The notes: generated by a model not told the origin, from the sequence alone. 64,000 nucleotides of DNA from an uncultured Actinomycetes bacterium (GCA_963742735.1 CAVUMN010000004.1:1216001-1280000), one strand, 5' to 3'. Counted from the first letter of the stretch, positions 51,703-63,829 are shown. Numbers and translations: made by a program.

Positions 51703-53690
51703 CGCAGGACGAACCGGACCAGCTTCTTCCACGTCCGCTCGAGGAGCGGTTTCTCGAACTCGAACCGGAGGGTACGAAGCTTGCTTGCCGGCCCGGTCCA
51801 GGTGGCCCGGTCGCCCGAGACGTCCATGGGTTCGCTGGTGTACGCGATCTCCATGCCCGGGGGGGCGTGGACGGTGACCGTGAGGGTCGTCGGCCGGATC
51901 AGCCCGGGCTGGTCCTGCACGTTCACGACGTAGGCCCCCGCGAGGGAATCCCCCTGCCAGGCGTCGGGGAGGGCGAGCTCGTACTCGAGCGTCGTGCGCT
52001 CACCCGGCGGGACCCGAACGAGCTCGGAGAACACCCGGTGGCCGAGCTCTCGCTCGACGCCCACGGGCTCGGCCAGGCCGTCACGAGTGTGGCCCTGGAG
52101 CTCGCAGTCCGCGCCGCAGTAGGTCGAGAGGAACGAGACCGACTCGCCGACCTCCGAGGCGCCGGCGAACGGCCCGATGACGTACGTCGGCTGGCCACGA
52201 GTGGGCGAGGGGTTGTCCAGGGTGACCCGGACGCTGGCCTCGGCGGTGCCCGCGTCCCCCAGCCGGACGTCGTAGCTCACCGAGCGTTCGACGTAGTAGT
52301 CGACCTTGTTCGCCGCGGAGTTGGTCGCCGAGACGGCGAGGTAGTCGCCCGGTGGGGCGAGCAGCGCCCCGGCCGCCCGTGCGGCCTCGAATGCCGCCTG
52401 CTCGTCCGCGTCGACGGCGTGGAACATCAGGTGGCCGTCGGCGACGGTCTGCGCGAGGGCCCGGACGGCGTTGATCCGGTTGCGAGCACCGGCCACGAAG
52501 CGATCGAAGGTGGCCTTGGCCGCGTCGCCCAGGACGCGCTTGCGCTGCTCGACCCCGGAGATGATCGAGTAGGCCTTGTTCGTCGTGTAGTCCACGACGT
52601 TGGCGGCGTTGAGGGTGGCCCCCAGCGAGGGGACCCGGACCGGACCGGTCGAGGTCAGGAGGGCCGCCAGCGCCTGGGGGTTCGCCGCGATGACCCCATC
52701 GAGCCGGTTGCGCGTCACGACCCTGTACAGCCGCTCGATCGAGACGGCGGCCGAGGGGAAATCGGGAGTGACGTTGATGTTCCGCCAGAAGCCGGGACCG
52801 CCGAAGCCTCGATACCGCGCGGCGTAGTCGGGGTTGGGCGCCTTGATCCGGCCGACCGCGTCCGGCAGCGACTCGATCGGCTCGAAGGTCGAGAACCTCA
52901 GGGCGCCCTTGAAGGTGGTGAGGATCGCGTAGGACCCGATGAACCCGCCCGTGCCCCGGAGCTCCGCCGGGTTCTGTGCCGCCACGAAGTAGCGGCGGAC
53001 CCCGTGCGCCCCCAGGAAGTCGGGCAGCTGCTTCGTGACGGCGGAGGCCGCCCGCAGCGCGGTCTGCAGCGTCGCCAGGGGCGCCTCGAACTGGCGCCGG
53101 GCGTCGGCCACCTGCGGCACGACCCACGTCCGCTCGGTCCGGGCCAGCACGGCGCTCGCCTCGTCCACCTGCGCCGCGACCACGTCGAGCACGGCGTCGA
53201 GCTGGATCAGGGCCCGCAGCGAGATCGTGCCGTCCTCGGGGGCCAGGCCTCCCAGCCCGCCGGGGACGAAGGACACCGCGTGGGCCAGCGTGGCGCCCGC
53301 CGACGCCACGTTCGCCCCCGCCGACGCCATCGCCTCGATCGCGTCCGGGGTCCGGCCGATGATGGGCAGCTTGGAGGCGAGGCTCAGGAACGGGGAGTCC
53401 ACGCGAGAGCCGGCCCGGATGAACGCCGAGGACGCCTGATCGAACAGCCGCCGGGCGCGGGGGAGGTCGCCCGCGAAGAACGCGTCGCGGCCCGCCTCGA
53501 TGGCCTGCTTGGCGCCGACCAGCTCCCGCTGGATCCGCAGCGCCGGGAGCAGGCTGAGGACCCCCACCAACGTGAGCGTCAGCGCGGTGACGATCAGCCC
53601 GAGGCTCCACCGCCGGACCCGCGCTCGCCGCGACCGCCGGCGCTTGCGCCGGCGATGGGGATCGGGGGACTCGCGACGACGCCCGAGCAC
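51690..53690 (-). CDS. DUF4012 domain membrane-anchored protein, copy 2 (start GTG 53690 or ATG 53729)
   Basis: Arg-rich N-terminus + TM, RRYFVAAQNPAELRGTGG, NVTPDFP, DGVIAANP, NSAANKVDYY. Confidence 0.85.
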   Translation of the reverse strand: MLGRRRESPDPHRRRKRRRSRRARVRRWSLGLIVTALTLTLVGVLSLLPALRIQRELVGAKQAIEAGRDAFFAGDLPRARRLFDQASSAFIRAGSRVDSPFLSLASKLPIIGRTPDAIEAMASAGANVASAGATLAHAVSFVPGGLGGLAPEDGTISLRALIQLDAVLDVVAAQVDEASAVLARTERTWVVPQVADARRQFEAPLATLQTALRAASAVTKQLPDFLGAHGVRRYFVAAQNPAELRGTGGFIGSYAILTTFKGALRFSTFEPIESLPDAVGRIKAPNPDYAARYRGFGGPGFWRNINVTPDFPSAAVSIERLYRVVTRNRLDGVIAANPQALAALLTSTGPVRVPSLGATLNAANVVDYTTNKAYSIISGVEQRKRVLGDAAKATFDRFVAGARNRINAVRALAQTVADGHLMFHAVDADEQAAFEAARAAGALLAPPGDYLAVSATNSAANKVDYYVERSVSYDVRLGDAGTAEASVRVTLDNPSPTRGQPTYVIGPFAGASEVGESVSFLSTYCGADCELQGHTRDGLAEPVGVERELGHRVFSELVRVPPGERTTLEYELALPDAWQGDSLAGAYVVNVQDQPGLIRPTTLTVTVHAPPGMEIAYTSEPMDVSGDRATWTGPASKLRTLRFEFEKPLLERTWKKLVRFVLRPLS

Positions 53691-53760
53691 GGGCGAGCAG
53701 GGTATCAGCCGGGGTGACACAAAACGCATCTGGTAGGGTCGCGTGCGCAGCGGAGCACAA

Positions 53761-53790
53761 TTGACAGTACCGGGCGCCGATCTGTAGATT
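53761..53790 (+). promoter_or_regulatory. SigA-type promoter of the str (rpsL) operon
   Basis: TTGACA (53761-53766), 18 nt, TAGATT (53785-53790). Confidence 0.75.
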
Positions 53791-53796
53791 TATTGG

Positions 53797-53963
53797 TCGC
53801 GCGTCGGACCGAACACGCCGCGCGGACACCCTCAGGCACTCCAGGGGGACCCAAGGGAAAGCGGCACCGAGCGCAACACCCTCGAAGCCGGACCCGCCGG
53901 GTCCGGTTTTTGCTGAATCCCCCTGGCCGAGCACCACGACGGAAGACGAGCGCGGGGATACCC
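53797..53963 (+). promoter_or_regulatory. Structured rpsL 5' leader containing a terminator-like hairpin
   Basis: CCAGGGGGA (53841-53849) pairs with TCCCCCTGG (53918-53926), enclosing CCGGACCC-GCC-GGGTCCGG-TTTTT (53888-53911). Confidence 0.55.
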
Positions 53964-54335
53964 ATGCCGACAGTCCAGCAGCTGGTCCGCAAGGGGCGGA
54001 AGATGCCCCGGACCAAGACCAAGAGCCCGGCGCTGCGCGGTTCGCCGCAGCGGCGCGGGGTCTGCACGCGTGTCTACACGACCACGCCGAAGAAGCCGAA
54101 CTCGGCCCTTCGGAAGGTCGCGCGCGTTCGCCTGACGACGGGCACCGAGGTCACCGCATACATCCCCGGGATCGGCCACAACCTCCAGGAGCACTCCATC
54201 GTGCTGATCCGCGGGGGCCGCGTGAAGGACCTGCCGGGGGTTCGCTACAAGATCATCCGGGCCACGCTGGACACCGCCGGGGTCCGCGACCGGAAGAAGG
54301 CGCGCTCCAAGTACGGCGCCAAGCGCGAAGGCTAG
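53964..54335 (+). CDS. rpsL: 30S ribosomal protein S12
   Basis: [34 protein letters not shown]. Confidence 0.99.
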   Translation: MPTVQQLVRKGRKMPRTKTKSPALRGSPQRRGVCTRVYTTTPKKPNSALRKVARVRLTTGTEVTAYIPGIGHNLQEHSIVLIRGGRVKDLPGVRYKIIRATLDTAGVRDRKKARSKYGAKREG

Positions 54336-54357
54336 AGCGGGGAGCGGGGAGGCAACG

Positions 54358-54828
54358 ATGCCGAGGAAGGGACCAGCGTCCAAGCGCGAGACCGCGCCGG
54401 ACCCCATCTATCAGAACCCGCTCGTCACGCAGCTGATCAACAAGGTGCTGCTCGACGGGAAGAAGGCCCTGGCCGAGCGCATCGTCTACAAGGCCCTGGA
54501 GATCGTCTCGGAGCGCACGGCGAACGACCCCGTCATCACGCTGAAGAAGGCGGTCGACAACACCAAGCCCCTCCTCGAGGTTCGGTCTCGGAGGGTCGGG
54601 GGGGCCACGTACCAGGTCCCGGTGGAGGTTCGCGCCGGCCGCGGCACGACCCTGGCGCTGCGGTGGCTGGTCGGGTTCTCCCGGCAGCGCAAGGAGCACA
54701 CGATGGCCGAGCGCCTGGTCGGCGAGATCATGGACGCCTCGAACGCGCAGGGCTCGGCGGTCAAGCGCCGCGAGGACATGCACAAGATGGCTGAGGCGAA
54801 CAAGGCGTTCGCCCATTACCGCTGGTAA
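54358..54828 (+). CDS. rpsG: 30S ribosomal protein S7
   Basis: [27 protein letters not shown]. Confidence 0.99.
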   Translation: MPRKGPASKRETAPDPIYQNPLVTQLINKVLLDGKKALAERIVYKALEIVSERTANDPVITLKKAVDNTKPLLEVRSRRVGGATYQVPVEVRAGRGTTLALRWLVGFSRQRKEHTMAERLVGEIMDASNAQGSAVKRREDMHKMAEANKAFAHYRW

Positions 54829-54875
54829 GGCGTATGGCGACGCCGGCGGAGCGATTGGAAGAGGAGACGAGTGCG

Positions 54876-57011
54876 GTGGCTGACACCGCGGAGGTTCGTG
54901 AACCGCGAGGAACCGGTCCGGCGAAGGGCCTGGTCCTGCGCGAGTACCCGCTGGCCAGGACCCGCAACATCGGGATCATGGCCCACATCGACGCGGGCAA
55001 GACCACGACGACCGAGCGGATCCTCTACTACACCGGAAAGACCTACAAGGTCGGCGAGGTCCACGAGGGCACGGCCGTCATGGACTGGATGGTCCAGGAG
55101 CAGGAGCGCGGCATCACCATCACCTCGGCCGCCACCACCTGCGTGTGGAAGGACCACTGGATCAACATCATCGACACGCCCGGCCACGTCGACTTCACGG
55201 TCGAGGTCGAGCGGTCGCTGCGCGTGCTGGACGGCGCGGTCGCCATCTTCGACTCGGTGGCCGGCGTCGAGCCTCAGACCGAAACGGTGTGGCGGCAGGC
55301 CGACCGCTACTCGGTGCCCCGGATCTGCTTCGTCAACAAGATGGACCGGACGGGCGCGGACTTCTACCGCACGGTGGACATGATCGAGAACCGCCTGCAG
55401 GCTACGGCGCTCGTCGTCCAGATTCCGTGGGGTGTCGAGTCCGGGTTCCAGGGGGTGATCGACCTGGTCACCATGCGCGGACACCGGTGGATCTCCGAGA
55501 AGGGCGAGGAGTGGGAGGACACCGACATCCCCGAGGATATGCGTGAGCGGGCCGCGGAGTGGCACCACACGCTCTTCGAGCGGCTGGCCGATCACGACGA
55601 GGAGCTCATGGACAAGTTCGTCCACGAGCAGGAACCGACCGTCGACGAGCTCCGCCGCGCGATCCGCCGGGCCACGCTGCGCGTGGAGGGCACCCCCGTC
55701 CTGTGTGGGACTGCATTCAAGAACAAGGGCGTCCAGCCCTTGCTGGACGCGATCATCCAATACCTGCCCTCGCCGCTCGACGTACCGCCCATGTCGGGCG
55801 TCAACCCGGCCGGTGAGGAGGCCCTCCGCGAACCGCGCGACGACGCCCCGTTCTCTTCGCTCGCCTTCAAGATCGTCTCCGACCCGTACGTGGGGCGGCT
55901 CACCTATATCCGCGTGTACTCGGGCGTCCTTCGCGCCGGGTCCCACGTGCTGAACTCGACGAAGGACCGCAAGGAGCGGGTCGGCCGGATCCTGCAGATG
56001 CATGCCAACCACCGGGAGGACCGCGAGGCCGCGTTCGCGGGGGACATCGTCGCGATCGTGGGGCTCAAGCACACGACCACGGGCGACACCCTGGCCGACC
56101 CGTCCGATCCCGTGATCCTCGAATCGATGACGTTCCCCGAGCCGGTGATCTCCGTTGCCATCGAGCCGAAGACGAAGGCCGACCAGGACAAGCTGGGAGT
56201 CGCGCTGCAGAAGCTCTCGGATGAGGACCCGACGTTCCAGGTCCGCTCCGACGAGGAGACCGGCCAGACGATCATCATGGGGATGGGCGAGCTGCACCTC
56301 GAGGTGCTGGTCGACCGGATGGTTCGGGAGTTCAACGTCGAGGCCAACGTGGGCCGTCCGCAGGTGGCCTACCGCGAGACGATCCGCAAGCCGGTGCACA
56401 AGGTCGTCTACCGCCACGTCAAGCAGACCGGCGGCCACGGCCAGTTCGCGCACGTCGTCATCGACCTCGAGCCAACGGGTCCCGGGGGCGGCTACGAGTT
56501 CATCGACAAGATCACCGGCGGCAAGATCCCGCGGGAGTACATCCCCGCGGTGGACCAGGGCATCCTCGAGTCGATGGAGTCCGGGGTTCTGGCGGGCTAT
56601 CCGCTGGTGGACCTGCGCGCGACGCTGACTGACGGCAGCCACCACGAAGTCGACTCCTCCGAGATGGCCTTCAAGATCGCCGGCCAGGCCGTCTTGCGCG
56701 AGGCCGCGAAGAAGGCCGACCCCGCGCTCCTCGAGCCCATGATGGAGGTCGAGGTGGTGACGCCCGAGGAGAACATGGGCGACGTCATCGGCGACCTCAA
56801 CGCGCGCCGGGCGCGGATGGAGGGCCTCGAGCAGCGAGGCGCCACCCGGGTCATCAAGGCCCTCGTCCCGCTGTCGGAGATGTTCGGCTACGCGACGGAC
56901 CTGCGGTCGAAGACCCAGGGCCGGGCCACGTACACCATGCAGTTCCATTCGTACCAGGAGGTCCCGGGCAACATCGCACGGGAGATCGTGGCGAAGGTCA
57001 GAGGGGAGTAA
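54876..57011 (+). CDS. fusA: Elongation factor G (start GTG 54876 after GAGGAG, or ATG 54834)
   Basis: [33 protein letters not shown]. Confidence 0.98.
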   Translation: MADTAEVREPRGTGPAKGLVLREYPLARTRNIGIMAHIDAGKTTTTERILYYTGKTYKVGEVHEGTAVMDWMVQEQERGITITSAATTCVWKDHWINIIDTPGHVDFTVEVERSLRVLDGAVAIFDSVAGVEPQTETVWRQADRYSVPRICFVNKMDRTGADFYRTVDMIENRLQATALVVQIPWGVESGFQGVIDLVTMRGHRWISEKGEEWEDTDIPEDMRERAAEWHHTLFERLADHDEELMDKFVHEQEPTVDELRRAIRRATLRVEGTPVLCGTAFKNKGVQPLLDAIIQYLPSPLDVPPMSGVNPAGEEALREPRDDAPFSSLAFKIVSDPYVGRLTYIRVYSGVLRAGSHVLNSTKDRKERVGRILQMHANHREDREAAFAGDIVAIVGLKHTTTGDTLADPSDPVILESMTFPEPVISVAIEPKTKADQDKLGVALQKLSDEDPTFQVRSDEETGQTIIMGMGELHLEVLVDRMVREFNVEANVGRPQVAYRETIRKPVHKVVYRHVKQTGGHGQFAHVVIDLEPTGPGGGYEFIDKITGGKIPREYIPAVDQGILESMESGVLAGYPLVDLRATLTDGSHHEVDSSEMAFKIAGQAVLREAAKKADPALLEPMMEVEVVTPEENMGDVIGDLNARRARMEGLEQRGATRVIKALVPLSEMFGYATDLRSKTQGRATYTMQFHSYQEVPGNIAREIVAKVRGE

Positions 57012-57013
57012 CG

Positions 57014-58198
<1,185 letters not shown>

Positions 58199-58229
58199 CT
58201 CGAGCGACGAAGGAAGAAGAGGGGACGAA

Positions 58230-58538
58230 GTGGCAGGACCCAAGATCCGGATCAAGCTCCGTGGCTACGACCACCAGATCCTGGATGCCGCCGCGCGCGA
58301 CATCGCGGACCACGTCGTGCGCACCGGGGCCAAGGTCGTGGGTCCCGTCCCGCTGCCCACCGAGCGGAACCTGTTCACGGTCATCCGCTCGCCGTTCAAG
58401 GACAAGGACAGCCGCGAGCACTTCGAGATGCGGACCCACAAGCGGCTGATCGACATCCACGACGCCACGTCGAAGACGGTCCAGGAGCTTCAGCGCCTGA
58501 ACCTCTCCGCGGGGGTCGACATCGAGATCAAGCTCTAA
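58230..58538 (+). CDS. rpsJ: 30S ribosomal protein S10
   Basis: [29 protein letters not shown]. Confidence 0.98.
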   Translation: MAGPKIRIKLRGYDHQILDAAARDIADHVVRTGAKVVGPVPLPTERNLFTVIRSPFKDKDSREHFEMRTHKRLIDIHDATSKTVQELQRLNLSAGVDIEIKL

Positions 58539-58553
58539 AGGACCGCTGAAACC

Positions 58554-59207
58554 ATGAAGGGCATCCTCGGCGAGAAGGTCGGCATGACCCAGATCTTCAC
58601 GGAGGACCGGCGCGCGCTGCCGGTCACCGTGATCAAGGCCGGGCCGTGTCACGTCGTCCAGGTCAAGACCGAGGCCCGGGACGGCTACTCGGCGGTGCAG
58701 ATCGCGTTCGGCGCCCTGCCGGCCCGGAAGGCGACCCAGCCCGAGGCCGGCCACGCGAAGGCGGCCGGCCTCGACGAGACGCCGCGCTACCTGGTCGAGC
58801 TCCGGACCGACGGCGACGCCCTCGAGGCGGGTCAGGAGCTGAAGGCGGACCTGTTCGCGGCGGGCGACCTCGTCGACGTCGTCGGCGTCTCGAAGGGCAA
58901 GGGGTTCGCCGGCGTCATGAAGCGCCACGGCTTTGCCGGGCTCGGCGCCAGCCACGGCACGCAGGCCAAGCACCGCTCGCCGGGCTCGGTGGGCGCGTGC
59001 GCGACCCCTTCGCGGATCTTCAAGGGGATGAAGATGGCGGGCCAGATGGGTCACGAGCGCGTGACGATCCTGAACCTCGAGGTCGTCGAGGCGGACGCCG
59101 AGCGCAACCTGTTGCTGATCAAGGGCGCCGTGCCCGGTCCCAACGGCGGCCTGGTGATGGTGAAGTCGGCCGTCAAGGCGCCGCTCAAGAAGGGCGGTGT
59201 TGCCTGA
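58554..59207 (+). CDS. rplC: 50S ribosomal protein L3
   Basis: [29 protein letters not shown]. Confidence 0.98.
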   Translation: MKGILGEKVGMTQIFTEDRRALPVTVIKAGPCHVVQVKTEARDGYSAVQIAFGALPARKATQPEAGHAKAAGLDETPRYLVELRTDGDALEAGQELKADLFAAGDLVDVVGVSKGKGFAGVMKRHGFAGLGASHGTQAKHRSPGSVGACATPSRIFKGMKMAGQMGHERVTILNLEVVEADAERNLLLIKGAVPGPNGGLVMVKSAVKAPLKKGGVA

Positions 59208-59860
59208 TGGCCACCGTCGACGTGCTCGACCTCACCGGCAAGAAGGTGGGCAGCGAGGAGCTCGCCCCCGACGTGTTCGAGGCCGAGGTGAAGCCGGCGC
59301 TCATGCACCAGGTCGTGGTGGCGGGCGGCGCCGCGCAGCGCAGCGGCACGCACTCGACCAAGACGCGTGCCGAGGTGCGCGGTGGCGGGCGCAAGCCGTG
59401 GCGCCAGAAGGGCACCGGGCGCGCGCGAGCCGGATCGATCCGCGCCCCGCAGTGGACCGGCGGCGGCGTGGCCCACGGGCCGAGCCCCCGGGACCACGCC
59501 CAGCGCGTCAACAAGAACATGCGCAAGGCCGCACTCCGCTCGGCCCTGTCCGCGCGGGCGCGCGACGGCAAGCTGGTGGTCGTCGAGGGGGTCGAGCTCG
59601 AGGAGCCGCGCACCAAGCTGGCCGTCGAGGCGCTGACGGCGCTCGGCGTCGCGGACGGCAAGGTCCTGCTGGTGCTCCCGGCGCCGGACGCCCTGGTCGA
59701 GCGCGCCTTCCGCAACCTCCCGAACGTACGCGTGACCTACGGCCGCAGCCTCGGGACGTACGAGGTCCTCGCCGCCGACGCGATCGTGTTCACCCGGGCC
59801 GCGCTCGCGCTCGCCGGCAAGGGCGGCGGCAAGGCCGAGGAGGAGGGTGGCGCCGAGTGA
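59207..59860 (+). CDS. rplD: 50S ribosomal protein L4
   Basis: [31 protein letters not shown]. Confidence 0.98.
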   Translation: MATVDVLDLTGKKVGSEELAPDVFEAEVKPALMHQVVVAGGAAQRSGTHSTKTRAEVRGGGRKPWRQKGTGRARAGSIRAPQWTGGGVAHGPSPRDHAQRVNKNMRKAALRSALSARARDGKLVVVEGVELEEPRTKLAVEALTALGVADGKVLLVLPAPDALVERAFRNLPNVRVTYGRSLGTYEVLAADAIVFTRAALALAGKGGGKAEEEGGAE

Positions 59861-60156
59861 AGTCGCCGCGTGACGTCATCGTTCGTCCGGTCGTCTCCGA
59901 GAAGTCCTACGCGGGGCTCGAGGGCAACCGCTACACGTTCCTCGTCGACCCCGAGGCGAACAAGACCCAGATCAAGCAGGCCATCGAGGCGATCTGGAAC
60001 GTCCGGGTCACCAACGTGAACACGATGAACCGTAAGGGCAAGGCCAAGCGGGGTGGGCGGTACCGCCAGATCACGGGGCACCGCGCCAACCAGAAGCGGG
60101 CCATCGTCACGCTCGCCGAGGGTGACCAGATCGAGATCTTCGAGAGCGGGAAGTAG
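59857..60156 (+). CDS. rplW: 50S ribosomal protein L23
   Basis: [27 protein letters not shown]. Confidence 0.97.
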   Translation: MKSPRDVIVRPVVSEKSYAGLEGNRYTFLVDPEANKTQIKQAIEAIWNVRVTNVNTMNRKGKAKRGGRYRQITGHRANQKRAIVTLAEGDQIEIFESGK

Positions 60157-60158
60157 CG

Positions 60159-60989
60159 ATGCCGGTACGCAAGTACAAGCCGACCAGCCCGGGGCGCCGT
60201 GGGTCCAGCGTGTCCGACTTCGCGGACATCACGCGCAACCGCCCCGAGCGCTCGCTCCTGGCCCCGAAGCCGAAGAAGGCCGGACGCAACGCGACCGGGC
60301 GCATCACGACGCGCCATCAGGGTGGCGGCAACAAGAACCGCTACCGGATCATCGACTTCCGCCGAAACAAGGACGGGGTCCCGGCCAAGGTCGCCGAGAT
60401 CGAGTACGACCCCAACCGGAGTGCGCGCATCGCCCTCCTCCACTACGCGGACGGGGAGAAGCGCTACATCCTGGCCCCGGTCGGGGTGCGGGTGGGCGAC
60501 CGCCTGGGCTCGGGCGCCGGCGCGGACATCCGTCCCGGCAACGCGCTGCCCCTGAAGAACATTCCGGTGGGCACGACCATCCACGCGGTCGAGCTCCGCC
60601 CGGGGGGCGGCGCGAAGATGGCTCGCTCGGCGGGCACGAGCGTGCAGCTCGTGGCCAAGGACGGGTCGATGGCCCAGCTGAGGCTGCCCTCGGGAGAGAT
60701 GCGGCTGGTCCCCTCGGAGTGCCGGGCGACGGTCGGCGTCGTCGGCAACCCCGAGCACGAGCTGATCTCCTGGGGCAAGGCGGGCCGGAACCGCTGGCGG
60801 AACAAGCGTCCGTCGGTCCGGGGCGTCGCGATGAACCCCGTCGACCACCCGCTCGGCGGTGGCGAGGGCAAGAGCTCGGGCGGCCGCCACCCCACGACCC
60901 CGTGGGGCAAGGCGGAGGGCCGCACGCGCAAGAAGGGCAAGCCGTCGGACAAGTACATCGTTCGCCGGCGCGGGAAGAAGCGAGGGTAG
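60159..60989 (+). CDS. rplB: 50S ribosomal protein L2
   Basis: [31 protein letters not shown]. Confidence 0.99.
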   Translation: MPVRKYKPTSPGRRGSSVSDFADITRNRPERSLLAPKPKKAGRNATGRITTRHQGGGNKNRYRIIDFRRNKDGVPAKVAEIEYDPNRSARIALLHYADGEKRYILAPVGVRVGDRLGSGAGADIRPGNALPLKNIPVGTTIHAVELRPGGGAKMARSAGTSVQLVAKDGSMAQLRLPSGEMRLVPSECRATVGVVGNPEHELISWGKAGRNRWRNKRPSVRGVAMNPVDHPLGGGEGKSSGGRHPTTPWGKAEGRTRKKGKPSDKYIVRRRGKKRG

Positions 60990-61274
60990 ATGCCGCGTTC
61001 AGTCAAGAAGGGTCCGTTCGTGGACGACCACCTGCTGGCCAAGGTCGAGCAGGCCACCCAGCGCCGCGACAAGCGCGTGATCAAGACGTGGTCGCGCCGC
61101 TCGACGGTCATCCCCGACATGGTGGGGCTGACCATCGCCGTCCACGACGGCCGCAAGCACGTCCCGATCTTCATCACCGAGGCGATGGTCGGGCACAAGC
61201 TCGGGGAGTTCGCGCCGACGCGCACGTTCCGCACGCACGGCCACCACACCGAGCGCAGCTCGTCACTCAAGTAG
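60990..61274 (+). CDS. rpsS: 30S ribosomal protein S19
   Basis: [28 protein letters not shown]. Confidence 0.99.
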   Translation: MPRSVKKGPFVDDHLLAKVEQATQRRDKRVIKTWSRRSTVIPDMVGLTIAVHDGRKHVPIFITEAMVGHKLGEFAPTRTFRTHGHHTERSSSLK

Positions 61275-61284
61275 TCGAGGGGAT

Positions 61285-61647
61285 ATGGAAGCCAAGGCAA
61301 CCGCACGGTTCGTCAGGGTCTCGCCGAACAAGGCGCGTCGCGTCGTCGACATGATCCGCGGGGCGCACGTCGAGGAAGCTCGGCGGGTCCTGCGGTTCAC
61401 GCCGCTCGGCGCGGCCGTCACCGTTCGCAAGGTCCTGGACTCGGCGATCGCCAACGCCGAGGTCAAGTCGGCGGGCGCGGTGGCGCCGACGAACCTGCGG
61501 GTGGCCAAGGCCTTCGTGGACGAGGGTCCGACCCTTCGCCGTTTCCAGCCGCGGGCGCAGGGCCGCGCCTACCGGATCCGCAAGCGCACGAGCCACATCA
61601 CGGTGGTCGTGGAATCGATCGGAGAGGTCGTTGGGGCACAAGGTTAA
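61285..61647 (+). CDS. rplV: 50S ribosomal protein L22
   Basis: [34 protein letters not shown]. Confidence 0.98.
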   Translation: MEAKATARFVRVSPNKARRVVDMIRGAHVEEARRVLRFTPLGAAVTVRKVLDSAIANAEVKSAGAVAPTNLRVAKAFVDEGPTLRRFQPRAQGRAYRIRKRTSHITVVVESIGEVVGAQG

Positions 61648-62602
61648 TCCGTACGGATTCCGGCTCGGGGTCATCTATCCCTGGAAGTCCAACTGGTACG
61701 CGAAGCGCGAGTACGCGCTTCAGCTCCACGAGGACCGCCAGATCCGCGAGTACATCAAGGGCAGCCTGACGCGCGCGGGGATCTCGAGCGTCGACATCGA
61801 GCGCAAGGGCGACCAGATCTGGGTGTGGATCTGGACCGCCCGCCCGGGGATCGTCATCGGGCGCAAGGGCTCCGAGGTCGACCGGATCCGCCGCGACCTC
61901 GAGCGGCTCACGGCCAAGCGTGTCGACGTGAAGGTGCAGGACATGAACGCCACGGCCACCGAGCTCAAGCCCGAGACCAACGCGCAGCTGCTCTCCCAGG
62001 GCGTGGCCGAGCAGCTGGCCGGGCGGGTCTCGTTCCGCCGGGCCATGCGGCGGGCCGTGCAGACGGCGATGCGCTCGGGGGCCCTCGGGGTCCGGGTGCA
62101 GGTCGGCGGCCGGCTGGGCGGCGCCGAGATGAGCCGGCGCGAGTGGTACCGCGAGGGCCGGGTGCCGCTGCACACGCTCCGTGCGAAGGTCGACTACGGA
62201 TTCGCCGAGGCGAAGACGACGTTCGGCCGCATCGGCGTGAAGGTCTGGGTCTACCACGGCGACGAGATCCCGGTGGAGGAGCAGGAGACGGCCCGCGCCC
62301 GCGCCCGCGCCATCGCCGGCATGCCGGCCCGCAGGGCGGGCGGCGCGTCGACGGGCGCCCTGATCACCTCGCCGAAGGACCTCATCGAGCTGGAGGAGGA
62401 GCCGGTCGTCGCGCCGAGCCCCAACGGCGAGGCCGAGGCCGGCCAGCCGGCGGCCCCCGAGGAGGCGTCCGCCGAGGCCCCCGAGACCCCGGCCGAGCCG
62501 GAGCCGGCGGCCGCCGAGACCGAGACCGAGTCCCCGGCCGAGCCGGAGCCGGCGGCCCCGGAGACCGAGACCGAGACCGAGACCCCGAAGGACGAGTCCT
62601 AG
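61631..62602 (+). CDS. rpsC: 30S ribosomal protein S3 (TTG start; acidic C-terminal tail)
   Basis: [33 protein letters not shown]. Confidence 0.98.
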   Translation: MGHKVNPYGFRLGVIYPWKSNWYAKREYALQLHEDRQIREYIKGSLTRAGISSVDIERKGDQIWVWIWTARPGIVIGRKGSEVDRIRRDLERLTAKRVDVKVQDMNATATELKPETNAQLLSQGVAEQLAGRVSFRRAMRRAVQTAMRSGALGVRVQVGGRLGGAEMSRREWYREGRVPLHTLRAKVDYGFAEAKTTFGRIGVKVWVYHGDEIPVEEQETARARARAIAGMPARRAGGASTGALITSPKDLIELEEEPVVAPSPNGEAEAGQPAAPEEASAEAPETPAEPEPAAAETETESPAEPEPAAPETETETETPKDES

Positions 62603-62605
62603 CTC

Positions 62606-63025
62606 ATGTTGCAGCCGAAGAAGGTCAAGCACCGCAAGCAGCATCGCGGCCGCATGCGCGGGCAGGCCAAGGGCGGCACCGAGGTGCACTACGGCGACTT
62701 CGGGCTGGTCGCCCTCGAGCCGGGCTGGATCACCAACCGGCAGATCGAGGCCGCGCGCGTGGCGATGACCCGCCACATCCGCCGTGGCGGCAAGGTGTGG
62801 ATCCGCGTGTTCCCTGACAAGCCGGTGACCAAGAAGCCCGCCGAGACCCGTATGGGGTCGGGCAAGGGCAACCCGGAGGGCTGGGTCGCGGTCGTGAAGC
62901 CGGGCCGGGTCATGTTCGAGCTGGCCGGGGTCGGCGACATCATCGCGAAGGAAGCGATGAGCCGCGCGGCCCAGAAGCTGCCCATCAAGACCCGGATCGT
63001 GACGCGCCTGGGGGCGGTGCACTAG
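62606..63025 (+). CDS. rplP: 50S ribosomal protein L16
   Basis: [20 protein letters not shown]. Confidence 0.99.
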   Translation: MLQPKKVKHRKQHRGRMRGQAKGGTEVHYGDFGLVALEPGWITNRQIEAARVAMTRHIRRGGKVWIRVFPDKPVTKKPAETRMGSGKGNPEGWVAVVKPGRVMFELAGVGDIIAKEAMSRAAQKLPIKTRIVTRLGAVH

Positions 63026-63559
63026 ATGACCAAGAAGACCGCGGAGATCCGCGAGCTGCCCGACGAGGAGCTCCTCACCCGGCTGGAGAGCGGCAAGGAG
63101 GAGCTGTTCAACCTGCGCTTCCAGATGGCGACGGGGCAGCTCGACAACCCCATGCGGATCAAGCAGGTCCGCCATGACATCGCCCGCATCCTCACCACCC
63201 TCCGCCAGCGCCACCAGGAGGGCGAGGTCGAGCAGGAGGTTGCGAGGTCCGAGGTGGCCGCGCTGGAGCGCTCCAGGGCGGCACAGGCCAGCGGCGAGCT
63301 GAAGGGCACCCCGCTCGGCGAGGCGATCACGGAGGTCCCGGCCGACGCCGAGGCGATGCCGATGGGCACCGGCCCCGAGTTCGAGCCGCACGGCGAGGAC
63401 GAGCGCCGGCCGCGCCGCCGGCTCCGCCGCCGCGAACGCAAGGCCGCGCAGGCCGAGGCGGAGGCCGCCGAGGCCGAGGCCGCCGAAGCCCAGGCCGCGG
63501 AGGCCGCCGAGGGCCCGGCCGAGGAGCCCGTGCAGACGGACGAGGGGGAGAAGGCATGA
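63026..63559 (+). CDS. rpmC: 50S ribosomal protein L29 with ~110-aa C-terminal extension
   Basis: [25 protein letters not shown]; located between rplP and rpsQ. Confidence 0.95.
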   Translation: MTKKTAEIRELPDEELLTRLESGKEELFNLRFQMATGQLDNPMRIKQVRHDIARILTTLRQRHQEGEVEQEVARSEVAALERSRAAQASGELKGTPLGEAITEVPADAEAMPMGTGPEFEPHGEDERRPRRRLRRRERKAAQAEAEAAEAEAAEAQAAEAAEGPAEEPVQTDEGEKA

Positions 63560-63822
63560 CCGAGCCGGCGATTCGCGGCGAGCGCAAGACCCGTACCGGG
63601 GTCGTCGTGTCGGACAAGATGGAGCGGACGGTCATCGTTCGCGTGGCCGACGCCGTGAGGCATCCCATGTACGGCAAGACGATCCGCCGGACGACCAAGC
63701 TCTCGGCGGACAACCCCGAGAACGAGGCGCACGTGGGCGACCGCGTTCGGCTCATGGAGACCCGCCCGGTCTCGAAGACGAAGCGGTGGCGCGTCGTCGA
63801 GATCGTGGAGCGGGCGAAGTAG
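63556..63822 (+). CDS. rpsQ: 30S ribosomal protein S17
   Basis: [28 protein letters not shown]. Confidence 0.98.
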   Translation: MTEPAIRGERKTRTGVVVSDKMERTVIVRVADAVRHPMYGKTIRRTTKLSADNPENEAHVGDRVRLMETRPVSKTKRWRVVEIVERAK

Positions 63823-63829
63823 GGAGCGA

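Noticed and set aside
54085-54240. Streptomycin-resistance alleles in rpsL
   Set aside because: K43 (PKKPNS) and K88 (RVKDLP) equivalents are wild type
61631-61647. 17-nt rplV/rpsC overlap as a frameshift or error
   Set aside because: rpsC has an SD and a TTG start giving the conserved MGHKVNP N-terminus; both frames are intact
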